64,000 nt of DNA, taken from a virus (lineage: Duplodnaviria; Caudoviricetes). The notes below the pieces were generated by a model, which had not been told where the DNA came from, made no database searches, and saw only the letters and a program-made list of their open reading frames with translations. This document shows, piece by piece, positions 47,066-58,600 of this stretch. The position numbers and the translations under genes were made by a program. The stretch lies in the IMG/VR virus record IMGVR_UViG_3300031993_006627, positions 32,001 through 96,000 of that record. One strand, given 5' to 3'. The stretch's first letter is position 1. Each line of letters opens with the position of its first letter.

Positions 47066-48789
47066 CACTCAACGAATTGATCAAGACAGCAGCGCCGAAT
47101 AATGCGCCAGTACAGACTGCCAAGAAACCTGCCCCGGATACGCAGCCGACACAGGCGCAGAAGGTACAACCGCAGTCCGTCCAGCAGCCACAGCAGAAGA
47201 AATATACTGCCAAAGATCTACCCAAAACATCACTGGAACCGCTTTATAAACGCTATGCACAGCAGGAAAACAGTGAGAGTCTTATGGATTGGTCTCCTGC
47301 CGCGTTTGCAGGATTCGAGAGAGATGTACAGCGCCTTGGAGAGCAAAATGCGCGGCAGGCTGAGGAATCCTATTATCAGCAGGGTCTGAACGAGATCCTG
47401 CAACGCAGCCCCTGGGTTGCCCAGCAGATGGGCTCGATGCCCGGTGCCACACCGCAGGAACTCTATGACCAGGCTGTCCGTATGGAACATTACGGGGCTA
47501 CACAGCAGGGCGTACCTGGCGCCATGGCATATCAGCAACAGCAGGAAGCTGCCAGACAAGCGGAGGCCGCACGTCAGCAGCAAATGCAGGCGCAAGCTGA
47601 TGCACTGAACCGGCAGCAGAGCGCCTTCTGGAACCAGCATCATCAAGTACAAGCTGCAACTGAACGTGCCCGGAATCAGGCTATACAGAATCAGATGGCT
47701 CAGCAAATGCAGGCTTACAGCAACTGGTACAAATCTCCGGAACAGGAAATGATCCGAGCAGATGCCCAGTACAAGAACAGCCCTGAGTATGCGAATTATG
47801 ATCTCCATCAGAATATCATAGGCAACTATGAAAACATGAACAACGAGATCAACGCCATGCTGGATTACGTCTATGGGAAGTACCCTAATATGACTCCAGA
47901 GCAGCGAGCTCAAATGGATGATCTTGGTTTCCGACGCTGGGGCCAGACTTATACTGATCGCAGAAATGAATTCATAGCGAAACAGAATGCCCAGGCCCAG
48001 GAGAACTACAGACTTTCCACGGTGGCTTACAATGCCTTCCAAAAGGACGCACAGGAAGCCATGCGGAATACTGATGTGCGGAATGGTTTTGACATGGCGG
48101 CCTTTGAAGCCCAGTGGGAAAAAGAGCACGGTCTTCCCCCTGGTTCTGTTCAACGTGTTCGTCAGGAGGCGTCGGTGGCGTTTACGCCGATTCCTCTTTA
48201 TACACCGCAGACTCAGCAGGCAGTTGCACAGCGTGAATTTTCCGGTGACAATATCGCAGCGGCAGAAGCAAAGGCCAAGGCGGAGGCTCAGAAATATGAT
48301 GAAATCAACAAACCGGCTCCGAGCACCCAACAGACCGTGACTGCTCAGACAACAGGAACGCAACCGGCGGGAACTGCCGTGCCTGCCACCGGTACCCAAG
48401 TGGCCAGCACGCAAACCAGTGGTAAGCCGGTCAATACCGGAAGCGGCAGACCAGTGGAACAACTTCCAGCTGATTTAGCTGGGGAAGGAAGCAACCCGAA
48501 TCCTAACCCGAATCTGGGTGCAGGTGGATCTCCTTCTGATCTCGGCCTTATGGCCTGGGCGCAGGAACATCCGAACATGGCAGCCGGTATCGCGGCTCTG
48601 CTTACAGGTGCTCTCACGCTGGGTCTTAGTGGCGGTGGCGGCGACAAGAAGAAAGATAGCTCTCTTGGCCTGGTGCTTGCAATGCTTCTTTCCACGGGCG
48701 CTTTCTTTGGTACAAGGAGTCTTCTGACGCCGGAACAAGTTGCCCAGAATTCCAGTAAAGTCATCGACAGTACCAAATCCGGAACATGA
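47062..48789 (+). CDS. putative virion protein, Q-rich, C-terminal TMs (K-x-A)
   Basis: MTLNELIKTAA; two C-terminal hydrophobic helices. Confidence 0.65.
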   Translation: MTLNELIKTAAPNNAPVQTAKKPAPDTQPTQAQKVQPQSVQQPQQKKYTAKDLPKTSLEPLYKRYAQQENSESLMDWSPAAFAGFERDVQRLGEQNARQAEESYYQQGLNEILQRSPWVAQQMGSMPGATPQELYDQAVRMEHYGATQQGVPGAMAYQQQQEAARQAEAARQQQMQAQADALNRQQSAFWNQHHQVQAATERARNQAIQNQMAQQMQAYSNWYKSPEQEMIRADAQYKNSPEYANYDLHQNIIGNYENMNNEINAMLDYVYGKYPNMTPEQRAQMDDLGFRRWGQTYTDRRNEFIAKQNAQAQENYRLSTVAYNAFQKDAQEAMRNTDVRNGFDMAAFEAQWEKEHGLPPGSVQRVRQEASVAFTPIPLYTPQTQQAVAQREFSGDNIAAAEAKAKAEAQKYDEINKPAPSTQQTVTAQTTGTQPAGTAVPATGTQVASTQTSGKPVNTGSGRPVEQLPADLAGEGSNPNPNPNLGAGGSPSDLGLMAWAQEHPNMAAGIAALLTGALTLGLSGGGGDKKKDSSLGLVLAMLLSTGAFFGTRSLLTPEQVAQNSSKVIDSTKSGT

Positions 48790-48882
48790 CGCTGACGCTA
48801 ATGTAACGATAACCCGTAATTCATATACGAACCAAAACAGCTACCAAGTAGCAACAAATACAAACCAAAGAGGAGTCTACAA

Positions 48883-49896
48883 ATGACTTATCAAGAAGCT
48901 CTCAAGAAACGCGCTCGTCTTGCTTACACCGGTCTCCAGAAGAAGGCCGAAGGTGATGAAGCACAGAACAAAGCCTGGAACAAGAAGGTCGACGAGGAAG
49001 AAGCCGGTCGCCAGCACTATATCGCTGAGAAGAACGGTATCGTGAATCGTGCCAAGGGTGAACAGGCCGTTCGTGATATCCAGGATGAGAAAGATCGTGC
49101 TGCTGCCAGCGCGGCTTATATCGCCAACTACCAGAAAGCACTGGACAACAACCTGGCTTCCGGTCAGGCGTACTCCGACAAGCTCAAAGAGCTGGCTGCT
49201 CTGACAGCTGTCGCCCCGGCGGATTATACGGACAAGATGAATCAGGTCGTGAATCGTGCTCTCGGCGAAGAAAAGTCCCGTCAGCTTACGAAGCAGAAAG
49301 AAGACAACGCCGCTTTCAATGCGCAGAATGACGCCATGCTTGCTCAGGCTATGCGTGATCAGGGTATCGCGAATATTCAGGGTGCTCTTTCTGTCCCTGG
49401 CATCCAGCGTCAGCAGTATCTGGATTCTCTTGAGCCCCGTCGTCAGGAGATCGAGCAGCTCGCCAACAAGAACCCGCAGCTTCTCTATCCGATTCTGAAT
49501 GATCTCGTCAATCACGGCGCTTCCGCTGATGCAATCATCAACGCGCTTACTCAGGCGGATGTCGCGAAGGGCATGGAATTCGACAGTGCTCACCGCAAGG
49601 AAGTCGCTGCCCAGAAGGCTCTGGAAAATCGCAACCTCGGCATTGGCATCGGCGCCGGCGCTCTCGGCGGTCTCGGTGCTGCCGGTGCTGCCTATGGTCT
49701 CGCCGGTCTCTTCCCGTCCCTCCGCAAGAAACGTCTCCTCCGTGCCCTTATCGCTCTCGGCGTCGGCGGCGCGGCTGGTGCTGGTATCGGTATCGGGACG
49801 ACCAAGGGTCTCAACAGTGGCGCGATTCAGGGTGCCTACGGCGCTACCAAGGATTACCTCGGTAGTGTCGGCCGTGGACTCTCCGGAAAGGCCTGA
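48883..49896 (+). CDS. putative virion protein (Gly-zipper, K-x-A)
   Basis: KKRAR, QKKAE; GIGAGALGGLGAAGAAYG. Confidence 0.7.
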   Translation: MTYQEALKKRARLAYTGLQKKAEGDEAQNKAWNKKVDEEEAGRQHYIAEKNGIVNRAKGEQAVRDIQDEKDRAAASAAYIANYQKALDNNLASGQAYSDKLKELAALTAVAPADYTDKMNQVVNRALGEEKSRQLTKQKEDNAAFNAQNDAMLAQAMRDQGIANIQGALSVPGIQRQQYLDSLEPRRQEIEQLANKNPQLLYPILNDLVNHGASADAIINALTQADVAKGMEFDSAHRKEVAAQKALENRNLGIGIGAGALGGLGAAGAAYGLAGLFPSLRKKRLLRALIALGVGGAAGAGIGIGTTKGLNSGAIQGAYGATKDYLGSVGRGLSGKA

Positions 49897-49957
49897 TCCA
49901 GTCGATCAACAATAGGGGCTGGGCAACCAGCCCCGATTCTTATAAGGGAAGCGCATT

Positions 49958-50941
49958 ATGAATAGAGCGCAATTCATGTTCAAGGTCGCCACCAAGGACC
50001 GCTCCATTGGTGTGCTTCGATCTATGATCCGTATGTCCAAGCAGGCTGCCGGTGCACCGGCTGGTAATGTTCCACAGCAGGACTTCTACAGCACGATCAA
50101 GTCCATCTTTGAACCAGAAACCAAACCGGCAGGACAACCTGCAGCAACTGGAACAACTGCCCCAGCTACTACACAGGCTCCGGCTACCACGCAAGGTCAG
50201 GCGAGTCAAGGAGCTCCCGCTGGAACGCTTACCCCTGAACAACAGGCGTATCTGAAGCAATGGATGGAGCAGCAGTCGAACTACATCGGAGATCAGGCTG
50301 CAAAGGGTGCTCAGATTGATCTCGCTACAGAGCTCGGAAAAGGCGCTATAGAAGGCGCTGGTCTTGGTCTCTTTGGTGGCGGCGTTATCGGTGCGGGGCA
50401 CAGGGCGATTTCCGACTTCTGGTCCCCAAGTGGTTACTGGAATGCTCTCCGACTGAATAGAGCCCGTGTGGCGGAAATGAACCGAAGTATTGCCCCCGGA
50501 GCTCCAGCTGGTACGACATATAACTTCGAAGACATCGACACACGTATTCACAACAACGAAGCAGCAAGAAGCAGGTTGTCGAGACTCTTCAGGCCTGGTC
50601 CAGTGGTTGCTGCGGGCAAGAACCCAACGTTCAGCAGGATGACAGGCGGTCAAGTGCACGGTCTCGATGTTGCCACAAACGGAACCGGCCCAGGAAGTGT
50701 AAGCCAGTCGGCAGCCACACGCAGTCACTATCTGGATCGTATCTGGGGTGGTGCTAAGCGTGGCGGTGGCTTTGGTGCTGTCGGTGGTGCGTTCGCTGGA
50801 CCTGTTTTTGAGGTGCTTAACGGGGTCAGTGATTCCAACCGTAAGAAATACGGGCAGAAGGCGACAGAGGAAGTTTTCGGTACCCAGGATAACCCGAAGC
50901 CTATGCCCTGGTATCTCAGTGGCAGTAAACCGCAGCAGTGA
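49958..50941 (+). CDS. putative virion protein (Gly-zipper, K-x-A)
   Basis: FKVAT, SKQAA; GAGLGLFGGGVIGAG. Confidence 0.65.
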   Translation: MNRAQFMFKVATKDRSIGVLRSMIRMSKQAAGAPAGNVPQQDFYSTIKSIFEPETKPAGQPAATGTTAPATTQAPATTQGQASQGAPAGTLTPEQQAYLKQWMEQQSNYIGDQAAKGAQIDLATELGKGAIEGAGLGLFGGGVIGAGHRAISDFWSPSGYWNALRLNRARVAEMNRSIAPGAPAGTTYNFEDIDTRIHNNEAARSRLSRLFRPGPVVAAGKNPTFSRMTGGQVHGLDVATNGTGPGSVSQSAATRSHYLDRIWGGAKRGGGFGAVGGAFAGPVFEVLNGVSDSNRKKYGQKATEEVFGTQDNPKPMPWYLSGSKPQQ

Positions 50942-50944
50942 TGC

Positions 50945-50969
50945 AATTTTCCACCTGAGGTAGAAAATC
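50945..50969. repeat. 25-bp pseudo-palindromic site, copy 6 (inverted)
   Basis: AATTTTCCACC-TGA-GGTAGAAAATC. Confidence 0.8.
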
Positions 50970-50973
50970 TTTC

Positions 50974-51001
50974 AGGCCCCGTAACAGGGGCCTTTTCTTT
51001 T
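50974..51001 (+). terminator. intrinsic terminator
   Basis: AGGCCCC GTAACA GGGGCCT TTTCTTTT. Confidence 0.75.
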
Positions 51002-51048
51002 ATAGTAGAGAGTGATACGCGCCCGGTTACATAAGAGGAGACCATAAC

Positions 51049-52623
51049 ATGAATATAGATCATATCAGACAAAGCATGCTGAAGCAAGCCGCTGACAAAG
51101 ATCATTCCAAATTATATAGGGATTCAGGCGATATACTTGAAGGCCCAACTGCATATATTCGTGGTGTGGGAGGAGCTGATGACAAATACAATGAAGAAGG
51201 CTGGGACAACTTTCAGAAGCAGACGGGTAACTGGCAGAGAATAGGTGCTACTCCTTACTCTTTTAGTCCTGATATAAATAAAAAGACCCCGGTTATCGAT
51301 TGGAAGCTGAGAACGCCAAAAGCAGGCGGCGGCACAACTGAATATAAAACAAGGACATTCCCAAATCAATCTATTAGTGCCAGAGTTGGCGCCTGGATGA
51401 TGAGTCCGTCTTTTCAATATCAACAACAGGCAGCAGGAGCTAATACAGCAGGATCAAATTCTGCACAAGGTGCGCAACAAAAACCAGGTCCTCTAAAAAT
51501 ATACACTGGCAGACCGGGTGAGCAACTGACGGAAGATATCATAAATGCCGCGAATGCTGGAAGAACACAATTTACTTTGCAGCCATTCACTAATGAGCAG
51601 CTAATGAGGATAATGACTCTTGATCCCAAGAATCGAAACTATATGAATGAGCTGTTGAGACATTACAGCCATATCCCATTAGAATCTTGGCATAAGGGAA
51701 ATCTGCAACTTGGCTCGCCAGAAGAGATCGAAGCATGGAAAAAGGATAAACCTCCTTTGGATAATAAAAATAACAACCAGAGTGGAACTTATTATTCAAC
51801 TCCTGGAACCATATCTTTGGATTCCACTGGTTTGTTCAACAGATATCTCGATGGATGGGGCAGTCAGGTTTATGATGGCAGATGGACTAATGCTTTATCC
51901 CAGGAAGCATATGCAGGGAATCTCATGACAAGCTCTCCTGTATTGGCAGGTCTGATAGGAGATACATATGGTCATGAGCTAGGGCACAGATATATGATGG
52001 GACAAACTAAAACCACCAAGGCAAACGGACCGATAAAACTAGAATATTCAAGGAAAGCCTTTAATCCTAAAAAGCCCGCGTCGTCTGACAATATTCCAGC
52101 TTTGATGAGCTCTGTGGACTTCAGGCCCCTTCCATTCGATGCACAGCAGTATGAGTGGCTGAAGAACAGAGCTATTCAAAGTTATGCTGTAAATGAGAAT
52201 GAAATGAATCAGGCGCTCACTAGCTTTAATCGTGGTCGATGGGCATTGAAGCAGGACATGATAAACAATCCGGATAATCCAAACTATAGGTATCTGGCGG
52301 AGAATTACCCTGGATTGATGGACAAGTTCAAGGCTCTGCCGGATTTCATTCCAGCCGGTAACGAAGGTATGAAACAGCTGGATAACGTGATGCAGCTTTT
52401 CATACAGAACCCTCAGTTGAAAGTTCTCATGCCGGAACAAGCGCGACTCGTCGGTTATTACCAGAATCTAAAGGCCGCTGTGGATAATGCGGATACTCCA
52501 CAGGAGAAGCAGTTTTTCCAGAACCTTATGAATCGTATGGTTTACAGCAAAGCGTTCCTGGCAAATAACCAGCAGAGCAAGCCTCATATCTCGTATGCTG
52601 ATGCCTATCGAGCGTATGCATAA
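51049..52623 (+). CDS. putative virion zincin-like metallopeptidase (K-x-A leader)
   Basis: LKQAAD; 'YGHELGH' (HExxH) with a downstream 'Y..N.NE'; AT-richer than neighbours. Confidence 0.5.
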   Translation: MNIDHIRQSMLKQAADKDHSKLYRDSGDILEGPTAYIRGVGGADDKYNEEGWDNFQKQTGNWQRIGATPYSFSPDINKKTPVIDWKLRTPKAGGGTTEYKTRTFPNQSISARVGAWMMSPSFQYQQQAAGANTAGSNSAQGAQQKPGPLKIYTGRPGEQLTEDIINAANAGRTQFTLQPFTNEQLMRIMTLDPKNRNYMNELLRHYSHIPLESWHKGNLQLGSPEEIEAWKKDKPPLDNKNNNQSGTYYSTPGTISLDSTGLFNRYLDGWGSQVYDGRWTNALSQEAYAGNLMTSSPVLAGLIGDTYGHELGHRYMMGQTKTTKANGPIKLEYSRKAFNPKKPASSDNIPALMSSVDFRPLPFDAQQYEWLKNRAIQSYAVNENEMNQALTSFNRGRWALKQDMINNPDNPNYRYLAENYPGLMDKFKALPDFIPAGNEGMKQLDNVMQLFIQNPQLKVLMPEQARLVGYYQNLKAAVDNADTPQEKQFFQNLMNRMVYSKAFLANNQQSKPHISYADAYRAYA

Positions 52624-52685
52624 CACCGTGTCCCTTATTCTATAGTAGAACGAGACGCGAGGGCTACATAAGAGGAGATACGAAC

Positions 52686-55600
52686 ATGCCAGAAGAACCT
52701 GTTACACCGATACAAGCAGCGAAAACCACGATGTCCACGATCCGGCTGGTGCCGGACAAGCCGAAAAAGACTGCTGCAGATTGGGTAAGGGATATGCGCA
52801 TGTCTCCTGAGGTCAATAAAACGACCGTAGGAGTCGATACAGCGTCTGTTACCGGTGATCTCCTCCTGGCGACTTCCAATAAGCTCCTCGGTATTTCCCG
52901 GCGCAAACTGGAGCCGGATCCGAAGGATTCCCTGGAGTTCCAGCGTTTTTATGGGCCAGCGGAGTACTTCGCAGAACACGTCATGCGCGACGGTAATAAG
53001 CTCGGCCGCAATATCCTTTGGAAAGCAACGAACCAGGGCAATCTGGATTTTATGCCGGTTGCCGCGCTGGACAAGCATATTTCCGATGTCTACTACGACA
53101 GCAAGCTCGCCCAGATGATCGACGGTTCCTCTCCGCTGGAAACAGTGGATGCTTCCTATAAGACCACCCGCATCGGTGAAGGCGGTGTCGGCGACCTGGA
53201 TTCTGCACCGGAAGAGATGCGCACGGTGCAGCCGTCGTTCCTCGGTTTTATAGATTCAATAAGGTCGCCTGAGAGTTTCCGAGTCGGCCTTGATGTCTAT
53301 ATGACTAAGAATGTTATGAAGGGTTCCGACGGAAAGCTCTACCAGAAGTTCATCAATGCTCACACTGGCAAGGAAGAACTGGTGGATTCCGAGACTATTG
53401 CGAAATCCATAGTAACAACGCCGGAAATCATGAAGACAAAGACTAAATCAGTCTTTGCGGTTGGCGGCCCGACTGGTGTTCGCATCGTTCCGCGCAAGGA
53501 TGTGGATTACTATCTACCCAGAGCGGATGAGGCCTATAGCCTTTCCTCGAATATGGTCACGATGCCATCGGCTGTCATTGGCATGCGTCTGCTGATGGGC
53601 TGCCTGCACCCGGAGACCAATGTGTTTGTGGCCAATGAGCGCAACATGGTGTCTATGGTGAAAGCCAGATACCTGACCGGGAAAGATCAGCGGATACCCG
53701 GTATGAACAAGGAGTACAATTCCCTCTGCTACGGCCTGCGGAATACGATCACCAAGTGCGTTCCCCAGGCAAAGTGGTTCAAAAAGATCGTCTTGCGCTC
53801 CGGTCGCGTGATTATCACCAGTTATGACCATAAATGGCCGGTGCTGGTTAAGGATGAGATGACTCTGGTCCAGGCAAGAGATCTTCGGGCCGGCGACACG
53901 GTGTTCCGTACCACTTTCAAAGACGTGCCGAATCGCCGGACGTTCCTGAACAAACACATCATCACCAGGGACGTTGCGTTTGTCCTCGGTCTGATCTGCC
54001 GGTCGGTCTATACGAATCATCCGGGATCCGTGGGCTTTTGCTACCCGATTGCAACTGATTTGCGTGTAAAAGAGGCAATTCAATACGTCTATAGAGATCT
54101 CACTCCCAAGCAGTTCCATATCACGAAGAAAGACGGTTTCCGGTACATGACAATCAAATGCCAGGGGCTTTATGATTTCGTGAAGCAAAACATTGGTTTC
54201 AAACCAGAGGAACGCCGGATCCCGTCCGAAATCCTCAGCGGCTACGCAGATGTCGCTGCAGAGTTCATCAACGGTTATACCTCGGATGAGACGAAGGTCG
54301 GCATCGACTGCAACGAGGATATCTGGGTGCTGTTTATCCCGAATATGGATTTCCGGGATCAGCTGGCGTTCCTGTTTGCCCGTATGGGTACTGATACGCT
54401 GTACCGGGATGCCTCCCAGAATGGTGAACTGCAGATCGCTCTCAAGATCAATGACCAACCCAGAGTTTTCCATGATATGTACCAAGACACTGTGAAATAT
54501 GTCTGGGAAGGCCCGAAGTGTCCGATCATGGTGGACATCGACATCAATGACAACATGTATGCAGTTGCCAATGGCATCGTGACGCACAACTCGAAGTATC
54601 CTCTGCAGGCTGTCTCTCTGGAGCAACGCGAAGCTCCTCTGGTCCGTACACTGGACGAAGCCTCCGGAAAAGATATGGCGCAGATCGCCGGTAAGTTCCT
54701 CGGTGCCAGGTTTGCCCCGAAGGGTGGTATCGTCAGTGCAGTCCGCAAGGATAGAATCGATGTCATCTGGGATGATGGTTCGAAGGGTGCAGTTCCCCTC
54801 TATGTAAACTTCCCGATGAATGCCAAGGGCTACATCAATAATACGCCGGTGGTGAAGGCCGGCCAGTCGTTCAGTAAGGGTGACTGTCTCGCGGCCTCCA
54901 ATTACACAGACAAGACAGGCACTGCAGCACTCGGCATCAATCTCCGCACCGGTTGGATTTCCTGGAAGGGCGGTACCTACGAGGATGCCGTTGTGATCTC
55001 GGAAGAAGCGGCCAAGAAGCTCACCAGCACGACGATGTACAACACATCAGTTGATCTGGATAAGACTGTTTCCCTGGGCAAGCACAATTACATCACCTGG
55101 AAGCCGGCGGAGTACACCAAAGAACAGATGCAGCAGCTGGACGACAACGGAATTGTCAAGCCAGGCACGGTACTTCACAAGGGCGACCCGATGATCCTCG
55201 CCATCCGTACTAGCGAACCTTCACCTGGTACGATGGGAAAGCGTATCTTGACCGATCTTTCGGAGACCTGGGACCACGATCATGCTGGTGTTGTGACTGA
55301 TGTGGTCAAGACCCGCAAGGGTGTCAAGGTTTATACCACCGTGACTGCGCCGGCGGAAGTCGGGGACAAGATCGCCGGCCTGCATGGCAACAAGGGCACG
55401 ATTGCCCAGATCCTGCCGGCCGACCAGATGCCACAGACACAGAACGGTACACCGCTGGATATTTGCTTCAGCCCGCTGGGTATCACCAGCCGTAACAATA
55501 CGGCGCAGCTCTATGAAGCACTGCTGGCAAAGGTTGCCAAGAAGACCGGCAAGACACAGGTTGTCCCGGCGTTCTACGACGGGGATCTCTACGAGTACGT

Positions 55601-58600
55601 CCAGAGCAAGCTGAAAGAAGCTCGTGTACACGCAGATGAAGACTTGGTGGATCCGGAGACAGGCCGCACGATTCCGAATATCCTGACCGGCTACATCTAT
55701 ACACACAAGCTGAAACATCTGGCTGAATCCAAGATGTCGGCCCGTGGCACCGGCGAATACGCTGCGGATGAGACACCGGCTGGTTCTGGCGAGACAAAGG
55801 CGAAGCGTTTTGGGTCGCTCGAAATTGGCGCGATGGTGGGCCATTCTGCTTTCGAGAACCTGCGCGATGCAAAGCTGCTCAGGGGACAGTCAAATGCCGA
55901 CTTCTGGCGGTCTATCAGAACCGGCAACATCCCGACGATGCCGGGCGAGCCTCTCGTCCACAAGAAGTTTTTCGCCCATCTGATTGGCTCAGGCGTGAAT
56001 GTCCGGAAGAGTCAGCAAGGCGTGAGCGCGTTTGCTCTCTCCAGTGACGATGTGGAAGAACTTACCGGCCCCCGCGAGTTGAAGACCCGTGATACCTACG
56101 AAACACGTAATTTTCGACCCATCGACGGCGGTCTGTTCGGCCAGGACATCTTCGGCATCAATGGAGACAAGTGGGCATATATCAAACTCGACGAACCGGT
56201 TCCGAATCCTGTAATGGAAGAGCCTCTCGCCCGTTTGCTCCGAATGCCGGACAAGACATTCATTGGTGTTGCGACAGGCAAGACGGAGTACAACGGAATC
56301 CGTGGACCGCTGCAGCTGAAGGATGCGTTGGCAAACATCAATCTGGAAACCGAAGCCAAGAATGCTCTCCAGGAACTCAAGAATGCTCCAGTGTCCAAGA
56401 AGGATGCCGCGCTGAAGCGCTATGTCGCCATCGAACGCATGCGCCGGCTCGGTGTCAGCCCGGATAAGTATATGCTGGACAAGATCCCGGTACTGCCTCC
56501 GCAATATCGTCCGATCAGCACGCACAACGGTCTCACGATGGTTGCTGACAGCAATTATCTGTATGCCCAGCTGCTGGATGCAAGGGATGATGTCCGGGAA
56601 GCACGGGATCTACCAGAAGAATATCAGCAGCAGGCACGCGAGACGCTGTACAAAAACTGGAAAGAGCTGACCGGTCTGTACGAACCGGAGAACAAGGCGT
56701 TCAAAGCAAAACATATCCAGGGACTTCTGAAGTGGGCATTGGGTGACAGCCCGAAGTTCTCGGCCGCGCAGCGGAAGATCATCGGTATCGGTGTCGATAC
56801 TGTGGGCCGTGGTGTCATTACCCCGAACCCACGTATCAAGCTGAACCAGGTTGGTCTTCCGGAAGATATGGCGTTCGGTATCTTCTCACCACTGGTGGAA
56901 CGTGCTCTTGTGCAGCGCGGCTACACCCCGGTGGACGCCATCAAGCAGGTGCACGATAAAACGAACCAGGCTCGTGAGATTCTACTGAAGGTCATGGAAA
57001 CACACCCCGTGCTTATGAACCGTGCACCTACGCTGCACAAGCTGTCGATCATGGCGTTTAATCCGGTACTTGTCAGCGGTCATGCTCTGCAGATCAATCC
57101 GAGTATCGTTGTTCCATTCGGTGCTGACTTCGACGGCAACTGTGTTGATTACGACAGCGAGATTTTCTTGAAAATATCAAAGTCTCAACACAATATTTCC
57201 ACTGCTGATTTCGTTAATTGTGTATCAAACCACAAAAATAGAAAGGATACACAAGACATGAAAACAACAGCTGAATCCCTCGTAACCTACTGGAGCGACG
57301 CAGAGAATGACTATCTGGTGATGAAGATCGGGGATCTTCCCCGTCTCGGAAACCCCATGAAGGACAAGAACGGCGCCGATTGCTATCAGGTTCCTGAAGG
57401 TCTCGAAGTCCTTACATGCAATCCGTCTACTGGAACGGCTGAATGGCAGGCAATCAATATGCTGACAGTGGAAGAAGACTGTGATACTGTCAAGATGAAA
57501 TTGGGCGCGAGGGATGTGATTCTGTCTACAAACGAGTCCGTTGCCGTCTTCGACCATGGGACCGGGTTGCTGACTAAAGTTACCCCAGAGACCGCGTATG
57601 CCGAGAAAGCAATGATTCCTGTGTTCAAGCAGAATCCTCTTCCATTCGGGACATATGCAGAACGGGATCTTGGCTGGCTTTTCGGTGCTTTTATCTCGGA
57701 CGGCTGGATGACTGATCGTACTATTGGTTATTGCAAGCTGGAGAAGGCGAAGAGGGATGAGTTCGTATCTATCCTGCGCCGCTACCACGATAACTTCACG
57801 GTGTACCAATACGATGAGGATGGCAAAGCAAACAAGTGCAAACTCGGAAAGTCGGCTAAGATTCACATAAACAGTAAAACAGCTGTTGATTGGCTCAGCC
57901 AGTGGAAGTTTGTGGACGAGGAAGCCAAAGCAAAGAACCCAGATAAACGTACTGCGTTGTTCAAGCACGTTCCGGAACATTTGATTACTTATGGCAGTGA
58001 AGAGTTCCTTTGGGGGCTGTTCTGCGGTCTGATCGACGGGGATGGTAGTCTGGTTAAGAATATGTCCACGGGCAAACCTCGTTTTACCTGCAGATTTTCT
58101 ACCTCAAGTGTAAAATTGAAAGATGACATCTGTCAGCTCTGTTACAGGCTCGGTCTGCGCTACTCTGTGACCGAGATTCCTCCGCGCAACTTCTCGAATA
58201 CAGCGTATGTTGTATTTCCTTCTACGACAGATCTTTTCAGCAAGTTGGACAAGATTCAGCTGATTGGGGAAAGAGAAAAAGCCGTTTTGGAAGAGTGGAG
58301 ACAAAGTGAACCAAGTTTGGACAGGAACGACATTGTTCCTATAACAGAGTTCGAATGGGATTGCATAAAGTCCTATCCGGAAATCATGTCCGACAAAGGT
58401 TTGTACAGCGCAGCCAGTAAGTCCAGAAAGATAGGAAGACGTGCTTGTCGCGAAGTCCTGTATCGTCATCTGGATATATTGAAATGCGCTGCACCATCGT
58501 TACTGCGCAGAGTTCTTAATACAGACACAATATGGATGACCATCGACAGCTTGGATCCGACCGGTAAGCGTCAGGTGTTTGATCTTGAGGTACAGGACAC

